Positions 37,562 through 46,574 of a stretch of DNA of 64,000 bases are shown here, in pieces (positions within the stretch are counted from its first letter, which is position 1; every line of letters starts with the position of its first letter). Origin of the DNA: Planctomycetota bacterium. GTDB taxonomy: Bacteria > Planctomycetota > UBA8108 > SXIK01. The DNA lies in contig CBDCXR010000004.1 in the NCBI GenBank assembly GCA_965223845.1, positions 5,824,001 through 5,888,000 of the forward strand, in the 5' to 3' direction. A program made the position numbers and the translations under genes. The notes below the pieces were generated by a model that was not told the origin of the DNA, searched no databases, and worked only from the letters and a program-made list of their open reading frames with translations.

Positions 37562-37605
37562 CTTCTTCGTCTTCCTTCGCGCTCTTCCCAAACCCTTCGT
37601 GTGAA
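37562..37605 (-). repeat. Single CGAAG-phased repeat arm
   Basis: Reverse complement TTCACACGAAGGGTTTGGGAAGAGCGCGAAGGAAGACGAAGAAG resembles the arms at 21775 and 22089. Confidence 0.7.
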
Positions 37606-37679
37606 TCTCATTACGGAAGGGCTAGAGCGGCACTAGATTTTCATCGAAGCGAGAGGCGCGGTCCAGCCTGCGGTGGTCG

Positions 37680-40600
37680 TCAGCAACTCGTATACGACTC
37701 GCATCCGAGCGACGACGCGGGATCCGGGTCGGGCCCGCAGTCGGTGCCATCGGGTCCCGCGCCCCCGATCGGCGGTGGGCCGTCGCCGAAGAGGCGATTG
37801 AGGCCGAAGATCGGATCGGCGATGTTGTAGCTCGTGTCGCCGTTCACATCGCCCGTCTCCGCACAGCTCGGCGGGGCGCCGTCACCGAAGAGGCCGTTCA
37901 GCATGTAGATCATGTCGGCGATGTTGACCTGCGCGTCGTCGTTCACATCGCCACGGCGGATCTCCGGCTGGGGCGGAGAATCGACGAGCGCGGCGATGCG
38001 GTCGGCGTCGAGCGCTTCGTTGTAGATCCGAACATCGTCGACGATCGAGTCGTGGCCGCGCGCGTTGAACGCGCCGAAGGCCCCGATCTTCGCCGTGCCG
38101 GCGTTCCACCCGTCGCGCACACCGATCGCGGTTCCGCCCTGCGACGGGAGGAGCAGAACCGTTTCCTCCGGCTCGCCGTTCACGTACATGAGCTTCTCGC
38201 CGCCCGCGCCGGTCGACGTGATCGCGACGTGATACCATTCGCCGGGCTCGAGGATCGTCGTACCGACCGGGATTTCGGCCGCCGCGCCATCCCAAAAGAG
38301 GAGCACTCGCTCCTGCAGAATGCCCTCGAACGTATTGTTCATGATGGTGAAGCCGATCGCGTCGCCCGGCGTGTTCACAAGCTGGTACTCACCGGGATTC
38401 GTCACGGCGACGCCCGGGTTCACCCACAGCGCGATCGTGAACCCACCGGTATCGAGCGCATTGACGGCCTGAATCGGAAACTCGACCGCGTTGTCGGTCG
38501 ATTCGTCGGCGCCGAGATCGAGTGCACCTCCCACCGCTCCCTGGACCCATTGTGCGTCGTTTTCGTTGACGAATCCGCGCAGAGTGCCGATCGCTCCGCC
38601 GGCGAGATCGATCGCGATCGACCCCGCTCTTTCGTCGAGCTTGAAATGATGGACGAGGCCCGGCTCGACGCTCTGCTCGAGCGTTCCGAACGAGACGACG
38701 CGATCGATGAAGCCGCCGCGCGAGTCCTCGGCGTGAATCTCCGCCGAATAGATCTCGCCCGCAGCGAGCCCGCCGAAGGAAACGGAACGCGTCGTTTCCG
38801 TGCCGCCGATGACGAGGTCGCCGCTGATGTCAGAGCCGTTCAACATCACCGAAATCGCGCCCGGATCGATCGCCGCGCCGGCGTTCGGCGTTGATACGTC
38901 AAACGAAAACCCGCTCGCGGCGTCGTGGAAGGCATCGCCGTCGGCCGGCGAGAGATTGGAAATCTGAAGTGGCGAAGGAGGAGGAAACGGGACGAGCTCC
39001 TCGATTTCATCCTCCTCGAGGAGGCGCGAGTAGATGCGGACATCGTCGACGACCGAGTTGTGCGTTCGTCCGCCGTTGATCGATCCAATCCGCGCGATGC
39101 CCTCCCCCCAGCCATCGGCGACGGCCTCCGGGGCTCCTCCCTGCGACGGAAGGAGCAATTCTTGTTCGGCCGGAAGCCCGTTGATATAGAACTGCCGCTC
39201 GCCCCCTCCACCACCCGACGTAAGGGCCACGTGGTACCACTGGCCCGGCTCGAGGCTGTCGACGCTGACCGTGATGTTCGGCGGGCTTCCGTCCCAGAAG
39301 AGGAGGACACGATTCCGCTGCGTTCCTTCGAACGTCCCGTTCATGATCGTGAAGCCAACGGCGTCACCGGGCGTCGAGAGAAGCTGGTACTCTCCCGGGC
39401 TGCTGATCGCGTCGCCGGGCTTCAGCCACATCGCGATCGTGAATCCGCCGGTCTCGAAGGCGCTCAGAGCCTGGATGTCGAACTCGACGAAGTTGTTGCT
39501 CGAGCCGTCGGCACCGAGGTCGAGCGCCCCATCTTCTTGTCCTTCGACCCACTGTGCGTCGTCGTTCGCCTCGAAGTTGACGAGCTGTCCGACCGCGCCC
39601 CCGGCGATGTCGATCGCCTGCGTCCCAGCGGTTTCGTCGAACGGGAAGTGATGGAGAAGGTCGCCGTCTTCGCTCGGCATCGCCGTTGCGAAGCGATGCG
39701 TCCGCTGGCACAGTCCGCCGGCGCTGTCGCTCACCGAGATGACGGCCTCGTACGCGGTTTCCGGTTCGAGCGACTCGTACGACACGGCGCGGCGCGTGTC
39801 GGTGCCCCCGATCACGAGGTCTCCCGTGACGTCGACGCCGTTGAGGACGACCGCGATCATTCCGGGATCGATCGTCGTTCCCGCGCCGTTCGCAACGACG
39901 TCGAAATGAAAACCATCGCCCGCTTCGTGAAACGTCTCGCCCGCGGGTGGAACGAATGTGTCGAACCCCGGCGCCGGCGCCGGTGGATTCGATTGAATGG
40001 CGTCGATTTCCTCCTCCGAGAGCGCTTCGTCGTAGATGCGAACGTCGTCGACGATCGAGTTGTGAGTGCGAGCTTGGTTGATCGCACCGATGCGCCCGAC
40101 TCCGGCCGGCCAGCCGTTGCGGACTCCGACTCCCGATCCGCCCTGAGACGGCACGAGGAGCGTCAAAGGTTCCTCAACTCCGTTCACGAAGATTCGCTTC
40201 TCGCCCCCGGCGCCGGTCGACGTGATCGCGACGTGGTACCACTCGCCCGGTTCGAGAGAGGTCTCACTGATCGGGATTTCCGGGAGTGAGCCGTCCCAGA
40301 AGAGCAGGACGCGCTCCTGAAGAACGTCCTCGAACGTGTTGTTCATGATGGTGAACCCGATCGAGTCGCCCGGCGTCGAGAGAAGCTGAAACTCCCCTGG
40401 CGAGCTCGTGAAGTCTCCGGGGTTCAGCCACATCGCGATGGTGAATCCACCGGTCGCGCTCGCGTCGACGGCCTTGAGGTCGACCTCGACCCAGCCGGGC
40501 GCCCCCGGCGTGCCGAGATCGCATGCACCGCCGAACTCGCCGGGAACCCACTGGCCGTCACCGGCGTCGTCGAATCCGACGAGTCGGCCGTCGCTCCCAC

Positions 40601-40724
40601 CGACACAATCGGCGGCGACCAGGCCTTCCTCTTCGTCGAAGCGCCAGTGATGCACGAGATCTGCGCGCGCGTGAACACCGAGCGAGACTAAGAACACAAG
40701 GAGCGAGATGGAACGAGTCTGCAT
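37680..40724 (-). CDS. Secreted protein with three LamG-like domains, two Ig-like spacers and a C-terminal dockerin-like domain
   Basis: Signal peptide from ATG 40724; three repeats L(V/L)HH(W/F)...GGFTIA.W...WYHVA.T...DDVRIY; tail RRGDVNDD...GDVNGD...C. Confidence 0.87.
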   Translation of the reverse strand: MQTRSISLLVFLVSLGVHARADLVHHWRFDEEEGLVAADCVGGSDGRLVGFDDAGDGQWVPGEFGGACDLGTPGAPGWVEVDLKAVDASATGGFTIAMWLNPGDFTSSPGEFQLLSTPGDSIGFTIMNNTFEDVLQERVLLFWDGSLPEIPISETSLEPGEWYHVAITSTGAGGEKRIFVNGVEEPLTLLVPSQGGSGVGVRNGWPAGVGRIGAINQARTHNSIVDDVRIYDEALSEEEIDAIQSNPPAPAPGFDTFVPPAGETFHEAGDGFHFDVVANGAGTTIDPGMIAVVLNGVDVTGDLVIGGTDTRRAVSYESLEPETAYEAVISVSDSAGGLCQRTHRFATAMPSEDGDLLHHFPFDETAGTQAIDIAGGAVGQLVNFEANDDAQWVEGQEDGALDLGADGSSNNFVEFDIQALSAFETGGFTIAMWLKPGDAISSPGEYQLLSTPGDAVGFTIMNGTFEGTQRNRVLLFWDGSPPNITVSVDSLEPGQWYHVALTSGGGGGERQFYINGLPAEQELLLPSQGGAPEAVADGWGEGIARIGSINGGRTHNSVVDDVRIYSRLLEEDEIEELVPFPPPSPLQISNLSPADGDAFHDAASGFSFDVSTPNAGAAIDPGAISVMLNGSDISGDLVIGGTETTRSVSFGGLAAGEIYSAEIHAEDSRGGFIDRVVSFGTLEQSVEPGLVHHFKLDERAGSIAIDLAGGAIGTLRGFVNENDAQWVQGAVGGALDLGADESTDNAVEFPIQAVNALDTGGFTIALWVNPGVAVTNPGEYQLVNTPGDAIGFTIMNNTFEGILQERVLLFWDGAAAEIPVGTTILEPGEWYHVAITSTGAGGEKLMYVNGEPEETVLLLPSQGGTAIGVRDGWNAGTAKIGAFGAFNARGHDSIVDDVRIYNEALDADRIAALVDSPPQPEIRRGDVNDDAQVNIADMIYMLNGLFGDGAPPSCAETGDVNGDTSYNIADPIFGLNRLFGDGPPPIGGAGPDGTDCGPDPDPASSLGCESYTSC

Positions 40725-41352
40725 AGGAGTCCCTCGGGCGTCTCTCGTGGGGCACGGAATCCGTCCGCGTACCGGAGTCAACCGAACGACGACTTCGTCG
40801 GCGACCAAATCGTCGCGAAGCTCGACGATTCCGCCGGATTCGCCGACGGCTCGCGCGGTGATCCCGTTCGCGACGATCGTTTTCCGTTCGCGAACCGGTG
40901 CGTCGACAGATTCCTAGAAATCAGGTTTCTTTCCGACCGAAAGACCATGCTCCCCGACGTTCCGGCTCGGCGCAACCTACATGTCGACGCGACACCAGCG
41001 TTCGGTCGCGACCTTCGAGTACGGCTCCGTGCCGAATCCGTGCGAGCGGTCTGAGCTTCCGAGGTCGTGGCGCGGAGAGTTGGTCACCCTGACTTGATCC
41101 CGAGGCGCGGAGGAAGGCGGCGACCGGCCCGTTGACGGTGTGCTCGAGCGCGGTCTCGGACCCGCGCCCGTCGTCGACGCTCCCTTTCGCCTTCGCCGAT
41201 CCACGGCCGGACTCGAGGTGGCGGTCCAGACACAAAAGAAGATCGCGCGACCATCGCCCTCCGGGGACAGCGCGCGACCTTCCGTTGCGCGGAGCTACGT
41301 CCCCTCGCCGGCGTGGGGTGACTCGCACGCCGGGAGGGGTTGCGTAAGCCGC

Positions 41353-43140
41353 CTAAAAATTGAGCAAATCGGAATCGTCCGCGGCGTCTTCGGACTCCAG
41401 CTCGACGGGATCCGAATCCGCGTCATTCGCCGGTTCCGGCTCGTTCTCGACCGGCTCGTCGAAATCCGCCGCGGGAGGATCCACGTCGTCGCCGAGGTCA
41501 GGGGCGGGTAGGGGTGGAGCGGGCTCTGCGGGGACTCCGAGTAGAGGAGCGGGCTCACTCACTGGCTCGGGATCCGCGTCCGGGACGACCGGCCGACTCG
41601 GCGGCAGTGCGGGCAAGCTCTCCGGCACCGGAATCGGCCGCGACTCGTTGCGAGTCCTGCCGCGGGAAGGAGCTCGAATCGGCGCGGGCCGCTCGCCGGG
41701 GATCCGCGGCGCTAGACCGGACTCCCCGACACCGGTGCTCCTCTGGACCGGGAGGGCGAGTTTCGAGGGAGTTCTCGAAGTGTGTCGAGATCGAGGCACG
41801 GCCGGCAGCCGTCTCCGCGCGTCGGACGATTTCGTCGAGAGCGCTCGCTCTACGAGGCGTCGGATCTCCGTGAGCTCGCGCCGGATCGAGCTCACTTCGA
41901 TCCAGATCTGTTCGATGTCACCACCTCGCGCGCGCCGCGCTCTCGTCGCGCTCGGACGCGCGACCGAGCGCGGCTCGTCCGGTCCGCTCTCTACCGATCT
42001 CGTCGAGCGCCGACGGCGACTGCGCGAGGTTCTCGGCTCTGCGTCGCTGCTCCGTCGCACCGAGCGCGTCGTTCCACTCGAGCGTCGGGCTCCGGACTGG
42101 TTGTTCGAAGATCGGATTCCCGAGCCCGCCAGCTCGGCTTTTTTCGCCTGCATCTGGGAGATCGCGGCCTGGAGCGCTTCGACCTGCTTCCGGAGTACCT
42201 GGATCTGATTCTCCTTGAACTGGAGCTCTCGCTTGTGCCGTACGCTGTCCTTGTTCACAGAGTCCGGACTCGCTTCGTCGTGGCCTTGTCCGGCGTAGAC
42301 GCCGTCGCTCGCGATGTTCCCCTCAACGACGTAGGTCCTTCTCTTATCCGAGTACTCGTCGCGCCTCGACTCCTTCTTGCCTTGGGTCCTTCCCTTTTTC
42401 TTCGAAGTCTCGCCCACGAGGCCGCTCACTCGAGAGCCGTCCGGCGCCAGCACCTCGATGAGCTTGCCGCCCTTCCCGAGATCGGTCACTTCCAAGAGCT
42501 TTCCTTCGAACGTGAACACGTCCCCGTCCTCGGTGTCGAACCGATAGAGCGTCCGTACCCGATCGTCTCCATCGGTGGGGACCAAGTTGAGGTTCTGTGC
42601 CTCGTTGCCGAAGAGGTCGAGCTCGACGAAGTCTCCGTCCGCCGTCGTCACGACCCTGAGGAGCTTGGTCTTTTCTTTGTTCGCCTTCGCTTTTCCCACC
42701 GTCTTCACGGGCTCGGTGAGACGAACCGTTTTTCCTTCCTCTGTGACGAGCAAACGAAAGTCGTTTCCTCCGTCTGGATTCGGCCCGACGAGGACGTTGT
42801 TCCCGTCGGTGACCGTGACGGTTTCGCCGATCCGGATCGTCTTTCCATCCTGGGTAATGAGGAGCCTGAAGTCGCCTCCTCCGTCGGGATCCGAGCCGAC
42901 GACGACGTTGTTTCCGTCGGTGACCGTGACGCTATCTCCGACGAGGACCGACTTTCCGTCGGTCGTGACGCTCAACGGAAAATCGTATCCTTCGAGTGGA
43001 TCGGAAGTGGCGGTGAGCGCGCCCTCCTCGGTTCCCGTTTCGGCTTCGACGACATCATCTCCGTCGGCGGCCAAACGCCCCGCGGTGACGATTCCCGCAA
43101 GCGCGGCAACGCAGAGAATTCGCTGGTGTAGACGACTCAT
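41353..43140 (-). CDS. Secreted hypothetical protein with ~37-aa internal repeats, coiled coils and Pro/acidic tail
   Basis: Signal peptide; repeat FxLxxTxDGKxxxxGxxVTVTDGNNVxVGxxPDGGxD about 2.5 times; overlaps the anti-sigma stop. Confidence 0.7.
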   Translation of the reverse strand: MSRLHQRILCVAALAGIVTAGRLAADGDDVVEAETGTEEGALTATSDPLEGYDFPLSVTTDGKSVLVGDSVTVTDGNNVVVGSDPDGGGDFRLLITQDGKTIRIGETVTVTDGNNVLVGPNPDGGNDFRLLVTEEGKTVRLTEPVKTVGKAKANKEKTKLLRVVTTADGDFVELDLFGNEAQNLNLVPTDGDDRVRTLYRFDTEDGDVFTFEGKLLEVTDLGKGGKLIEVLAPDGSRVSGLVGETSKKKGRTQGKKESRRDEYSDKRRTYVVEGNIASDGVYAGQGHDEASPDSVNKDSVRHKRELQFKENQIQVLRKQVEALQAAISQMQAKKAELAGSGIRSSNNQSGARRSSGTTRSVRRSSDAEPRTSRSRRRRSTRSVESGPDEPRSVARPSATRARRARGGDIEQIWIEVSSIRRELTEIRRLVERALSTKSSDARRRLPAVPRSRHTSRTPSKLALPVQRSTGVGESGLAPRIPGERPAPIRAPSRGRTRNESRPIPVPESLPALPPSRPVVPDADPEPVSEPAPLLGVPAEPAPPLPAPDLGDDVDPPAADFDEPVENEPEPANDADSDPVELESEDAADDSDLLNF

Positions 43141-43835
43141 CCTCGGCTCCTTTCCGAGAGAGGTGGATTGTTCGGGCTCGGACTCTCTTCGATTTCGAGA
43201 CGCTCGCTCCCCGGAGACGACTCGACGCGGCGTTCGAGGGAATTGATCCGTTCCCGCGTGGACTGAATTCGCGCGCGGATTTCCGTGCGCTCGATCGCGT
43301 CTTTGGGAAGCTGTTCGCTGAGGTCGAGAAGCTCGCGCAGGTCGCCGCGGAGCGCATCGACTTCGAGGCGGATGACCGCTCGATCCTCCGGGTCGAGACG
43401 GTCGGGTGAGGGGAGCGGCTCGACCACAGCCGCTCCTTCGCGCGTCACCGAGACGTCGTCGAACGCGTCGGCGCGCGACGAGTCAACATGCGGTGCACCG
43501 GGCTGCAGGGGCGCGGTCGTGCCGGAAGACGCGCTGTCCTGCGCGACCGGTGGAGCGTCGTCGCTACGGTGATCCGCTCCCCCGCCGTCGAGCGCGAGCA
43601 TCGCGGCAACGAGTACTCCCGCGGCGAGGCCGGCTGCCGCGAGCACGCCGCGTCGACCGCGACGGCGCTCCGCCGACGACTGGACCCTCGCGACGGCGAG
43701 GACGCGCGTGCGAACCTCACCGGACGGCTCCTCGAGCTCGAGTCCCGAGCGCCGCCAGCCGGCGAGAAGATCGAGCGTCGGCTCGCTCGGCTCGCCGGAT
43801 TCGTCGAAAAGATGGTCGATGCGCTCACGCGTCAT
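43137..43835 (-). CDS. Putative membrane anti-sigma factor
   Basis: GAAAGGAG SD, overlaps the ECF gene, single TM (GVLAAAGLAAGVLVAAMLAL), C-terminal coiled coil. Confidence 0.7.
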   Translation of the reverse strand: MTRERIDHLFDESGEPSEPTLDLLAGWRRSGLELEEPSGEVRTRVLAVARVQSSAERRRGRRGVLAAAGLAAGVLVAAMLALDGGGADHRSDDAPPVAQDSASSGTTAPLQPGAPHVDSSRADAFDDVSVTREGAAVVEPLPSPDRLDPEDRAVIRLEVDALRGDLRELLDLSEQLPKDAIERTEIRARIQSTRERINSLERRVESSPGSERLEIEESPSPNNPPLSERSRG

Positions 43836-44424
43836 GACCGCTCCTTTCACTCCATCCGCCTTGAAGAAGAGATTGCCGTAGCTTCTGCGCGGCGTAACGA
43901 CAGCGCGAGACGACGGTCGACTCGGGCACGTCGAGAAACGCCGCGACCTCGGCGTAGGTCATGCCCACGAGCTCGCGGAGAACGATCGCCTCGCGCTGCG
44001 CGTCGGGAAGCTCGTGGAGTGCCCGGCTCAGCTCGTCCGCATCGAGTGCGCAGCTCGGCTCGGCGCTCGCCGATCGGCGAAAGAGAGGGTCTTCACCGAG
44101 GAGCGTGATCGCGCTGGCGCGTCGTCGTTCGCGGCGCTGGTGGTCTCGCGCGGCGTTGCGAGCGATCGTGAGAAGGTAGGGTTTCATGTTCGGCTTAAGT
44201 TGGATCCGCTTCACACTCCGTACGATCGCCACGAACGTTTCTTGCAGCAGCTCTTCGGCCGTCTCGCGCCGTCCGACGAGGGCGACGAGATAGACATAGA
44301 GCTCCCGCCGGTAGCGGTCGTAAAACTCGGCGAACGCGCGCTCGGAGCCGCGGGCGTAGGCCTCGAGAAGATCTCGGTCCGTCATAGGTTGAGTCGACTC
44401 GGAGGAAATCCCTTTGGGATCCAA
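43825..44424 (-). CDS. ECF RNA polymerase sigma factor
   Basis: AFAEFYDRY, AEELLQETF, YLLTIARN, LPDAQREAIVL, YAEVAAFLDVPESTVVSR. Confidence 0.92.
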   Translation of the reverse strand: MDPKGISSESTQPMTDRDLLEAYARGSERAFAEFYDRYRRELYVYLVALVGRRETAEELLQETFVAIVRSVKRIQLKPNMKPYLLTIARNAARDHQRRERRRASAITLLGEDPLFRRSASAEPSCALDADELSRALHELPDAQREAIVLRELVGMTYAEVAAFLDVPESTVVSRCRYAAQKLRQSLLQGGWSERSGHDA

Positions 44425-44429
44425 CTGGA

Positions 44430-44458
44430 TAAACGCTCCGGGGACGCGGATTCTTTCA
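44430..44458 (-). promoter_or_regulatory. Candidate ECF-type autoregulatory promoter
   Basis: Minus strand TGAAAG-N17-CGTTTA ending 5 nt before TTG 44424. Resembles SigW-like TGAAAC-N16-CGT promoters. Confidence 0.45.
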
Positions 44459-44518
44459 ACCGATCTGGAAAAAATGAGCTCGAACCCACTCGAAGTGTAC
44501 GGCCCTTAGGAGTTTCCC

Positions 44519-46555
44519 GTGAAAACGATCACTTTCCTCGCCGTGGTTGCTTCTGTTCCGCTCCTCGCGCAGTCGACCGCCGAGCCGTACGAGCTCGGCC
44601 CCGACTCGGAGCGACGACAGGGCGTCCCCCGCGGGGAGGTGAGCCGGCACGTCTGGGAGAGCGAGGTCTTTCCGGGCACTGTGCGCGAGTACTCCCTCTA
44701 CGTACCCGAGCAGTACGACGGGGAGCGCGCGGCCTGCGTTATGGTGTTTCAGGATGGGCACGCCTACGTGAGCGAGACCGGCCAATTCCGTGTCCCCATC
44801 GTCTTTGACAACTTGATTCACCGCGGTGAGATGCCGATCACGATCGGGATTTTCATCAATCCCGGCCATCACGCGAAAGCGTCGGCGACGGGCGGCGATC
44901 GATTCCCGGAGAATCGCTGGCGATCGAGCAATCGATCCTTCGAGTACGATCGGCTCTCCGACCAGTACTCGCGCTTCCTTCTCGAAGAGATCCTTCCCGC
45001 CGTCGGCGAGAAGTACAAACTGCGCACCGATCCGCGCGGCCGAGCGATCTGCGGGATCAGCTCCGGCGGCATCTGCGCGTTCACTGCGGCGTGGGAGAGA
45101 CCCGAAGAGTTTCACAAGGTGCTGAGTCACGTCGGGAGCTTCACCAACATCCGCGGCGGCCACAACTATCCAGCGATCATTCGAAAAACGAAACCGGCGA
45201 AGCCGATCCGGGTCTTCCTTCAGGGCGGGGAGAAGGACCTCAACAACTCCCACGGGAATTGGTGGCTGGCGAACCTCCAAATGGAGAGTGCGCTCCGCTT
45301 CGCCGGATACGAAACGAAGTTCGTCGGCGGAGTCGGCGGACACAACGGGATCCACGGCGGCGCGATCCTGCCCGATTCGCTCCGTTGGTTGTGGCGAGAC
45401 GAGGTCGCGACGGTACCTGCAGCTGCGGCTCGACTTTCACCGGAGAAGCTTGCCGGGATCGATCCTGCGGTCGAAGCCCTCATCGATGAGGGACGCTACA
45501 AGGGTGCGATCACGGTAGTCGCGCGCGGCGGCAAGATCGCGCACTTTCGGGCGTTCGGTGACCTGCGATCGGACTCGATCCTGCGCATCTACTCGATGAC
45601 GAAGCCGATCGTGAGCGTCGCCGTGATGATGCTCGTAGAGGCGGGAAAGGTCGCGATCGACGATCCGGTCGCGAACTACCTTCCGGAGTTTGCGCGAGTC
45701 CGCGTCTTCGAGAGCGGCGAGCGTGTCTCGCCCCGTCGCCCTCCGACCGTACGCGATCTCCTCCGTCACACGGCCGGTCTCACCTACGGTTCATTCAGCG
45801 ACTCGCCGGTCGACAAGCTCTATCGCGAAGCGGATCTCCTCCGGCGCGATCATACGATCGAGAGCATGGTGTCCGAGCTCTGCGAGCTGCCGCTCCTCTA
45901 TCATCCGGGTGAACGCTGGCACTACTCGGTCAGCGTCGACGTCCTCGGCGCCGTCGTCGAGGCCGCTTCCGGCGAGGCGCTCGATGGTTTCCTTCGCACG
46001 CGGATCTTCGAGCCCCTCGGCATGCGGGACACTGGCTTCGCGGTGTCGGAAGCTCAGCGGTCGCGCTTCGCGACCAACTACGGGCCTGAGCACGACGGAA
46101 GCGGACTCCGCGTGATCGACGATCCGGCGCAGAGCCGCTATCTCACGACTCCGAAGTTTCTCTCCGGCGGTGGTGGACTCGTCTCGACGGCGGACGATTA
46201 CCTCAAGTTCGCGCTCGTGCTCGCTGGTGGCGGCGAATGGGGCGGGGTGCGACTTCTCGAAACGGCGACGGTCGCCGAAATGACACGAAATCAACTTTCC
46301 GAGAGTCTGCTTCCCATCGCGATCGGATCTCCGCGTCCCGGGACGGGGTTCGGTCTCGGCGTCTCGGTCCGCGTCGCGGAAGAACCGCGGGCGCGCCGCG
46401 GCGAGTACGGTTGGGGAGGGCTGGCGAGCACTCAGTTCTGGGTGTCGCCGGAGACTGGCCTCGTCGTCCTCACGCTCGCGCAGCACATTCCGTACACCGA
46501 TACGATCCAGCGTCGCGTCCTTCCGATCGTGTACGACGCGGTGGCCGAAAACTGA
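44519..46555 (+). CDS. Secreted fusion: enterochelin-esterase-like alpha/beta hydrolase + beta-lactamase-family serine hydrolase
   Basis: AGGAG SD and signal peptide; MVFQDG, GISSG nucleophile elbow, GGHNG; then YSMTKP (SxxK), LLRHTAGL, WHYS, GGGLVST, YGWGG. Confidence 0.87.
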   Translation: MKTITFLAVVASVPLLAQSTAEPYELGPDSERRQGVPRGEVSRHVWESEVFPGTVREYSLYVPEQYDGERAACVMVFQDGHAYVSETGQFRVPIVFDNLIHRGEMPITIGIFINPGHHAKASATGGDRFPENRWRSSNRSFEYDRLSDQYSRFLLEEILPAVGEKYKLRTDPRGRAICGISSGGICAFTAAWERPEEFHKVLSHVGSFTNIRGGHNYPAIIRKTKPAKPIRVFLQGGEKDLNNSHGNWWLANLQMESALRFAGYETKFVGGVGGHNGIHGGAILPDSLRWLWRDEVATVPAAAARLSPEKLAGIDPAVEALIDEGRYKGAITVVARGGKIAHFRAFGDLRSDSILRIYSMTKPIVSVAVMMLVEAGKVAIDDPVANYLPEFARVRVFESGERVSPRRPPTVRDLLRHTAGLTYGSFSDSPVDKLYREADLLRRDHTIESMVSELCELPLLYHPGERWHYSVSVDVLGAVVEAASGEALDGFLRTRIFEPLGMRDTGFAVSEAQRSRFATNYGPEHDGSGLRVIDDPAQSRYLTTPKFLSGGGGLVSTADDYLKFALVLAGGGEWGGVRLLETATVAEMTRNQLSESLLPIAIGSPRPGTGFGLGVSVRVAEEPRARRGEYGWGGLASTQFWVSPETGLVVLTLAQHIPYTDTIQRRVLPIVYDAVAEN

Positions 46556-46574
46556 ACCGAGGCACCGGGCGCGC

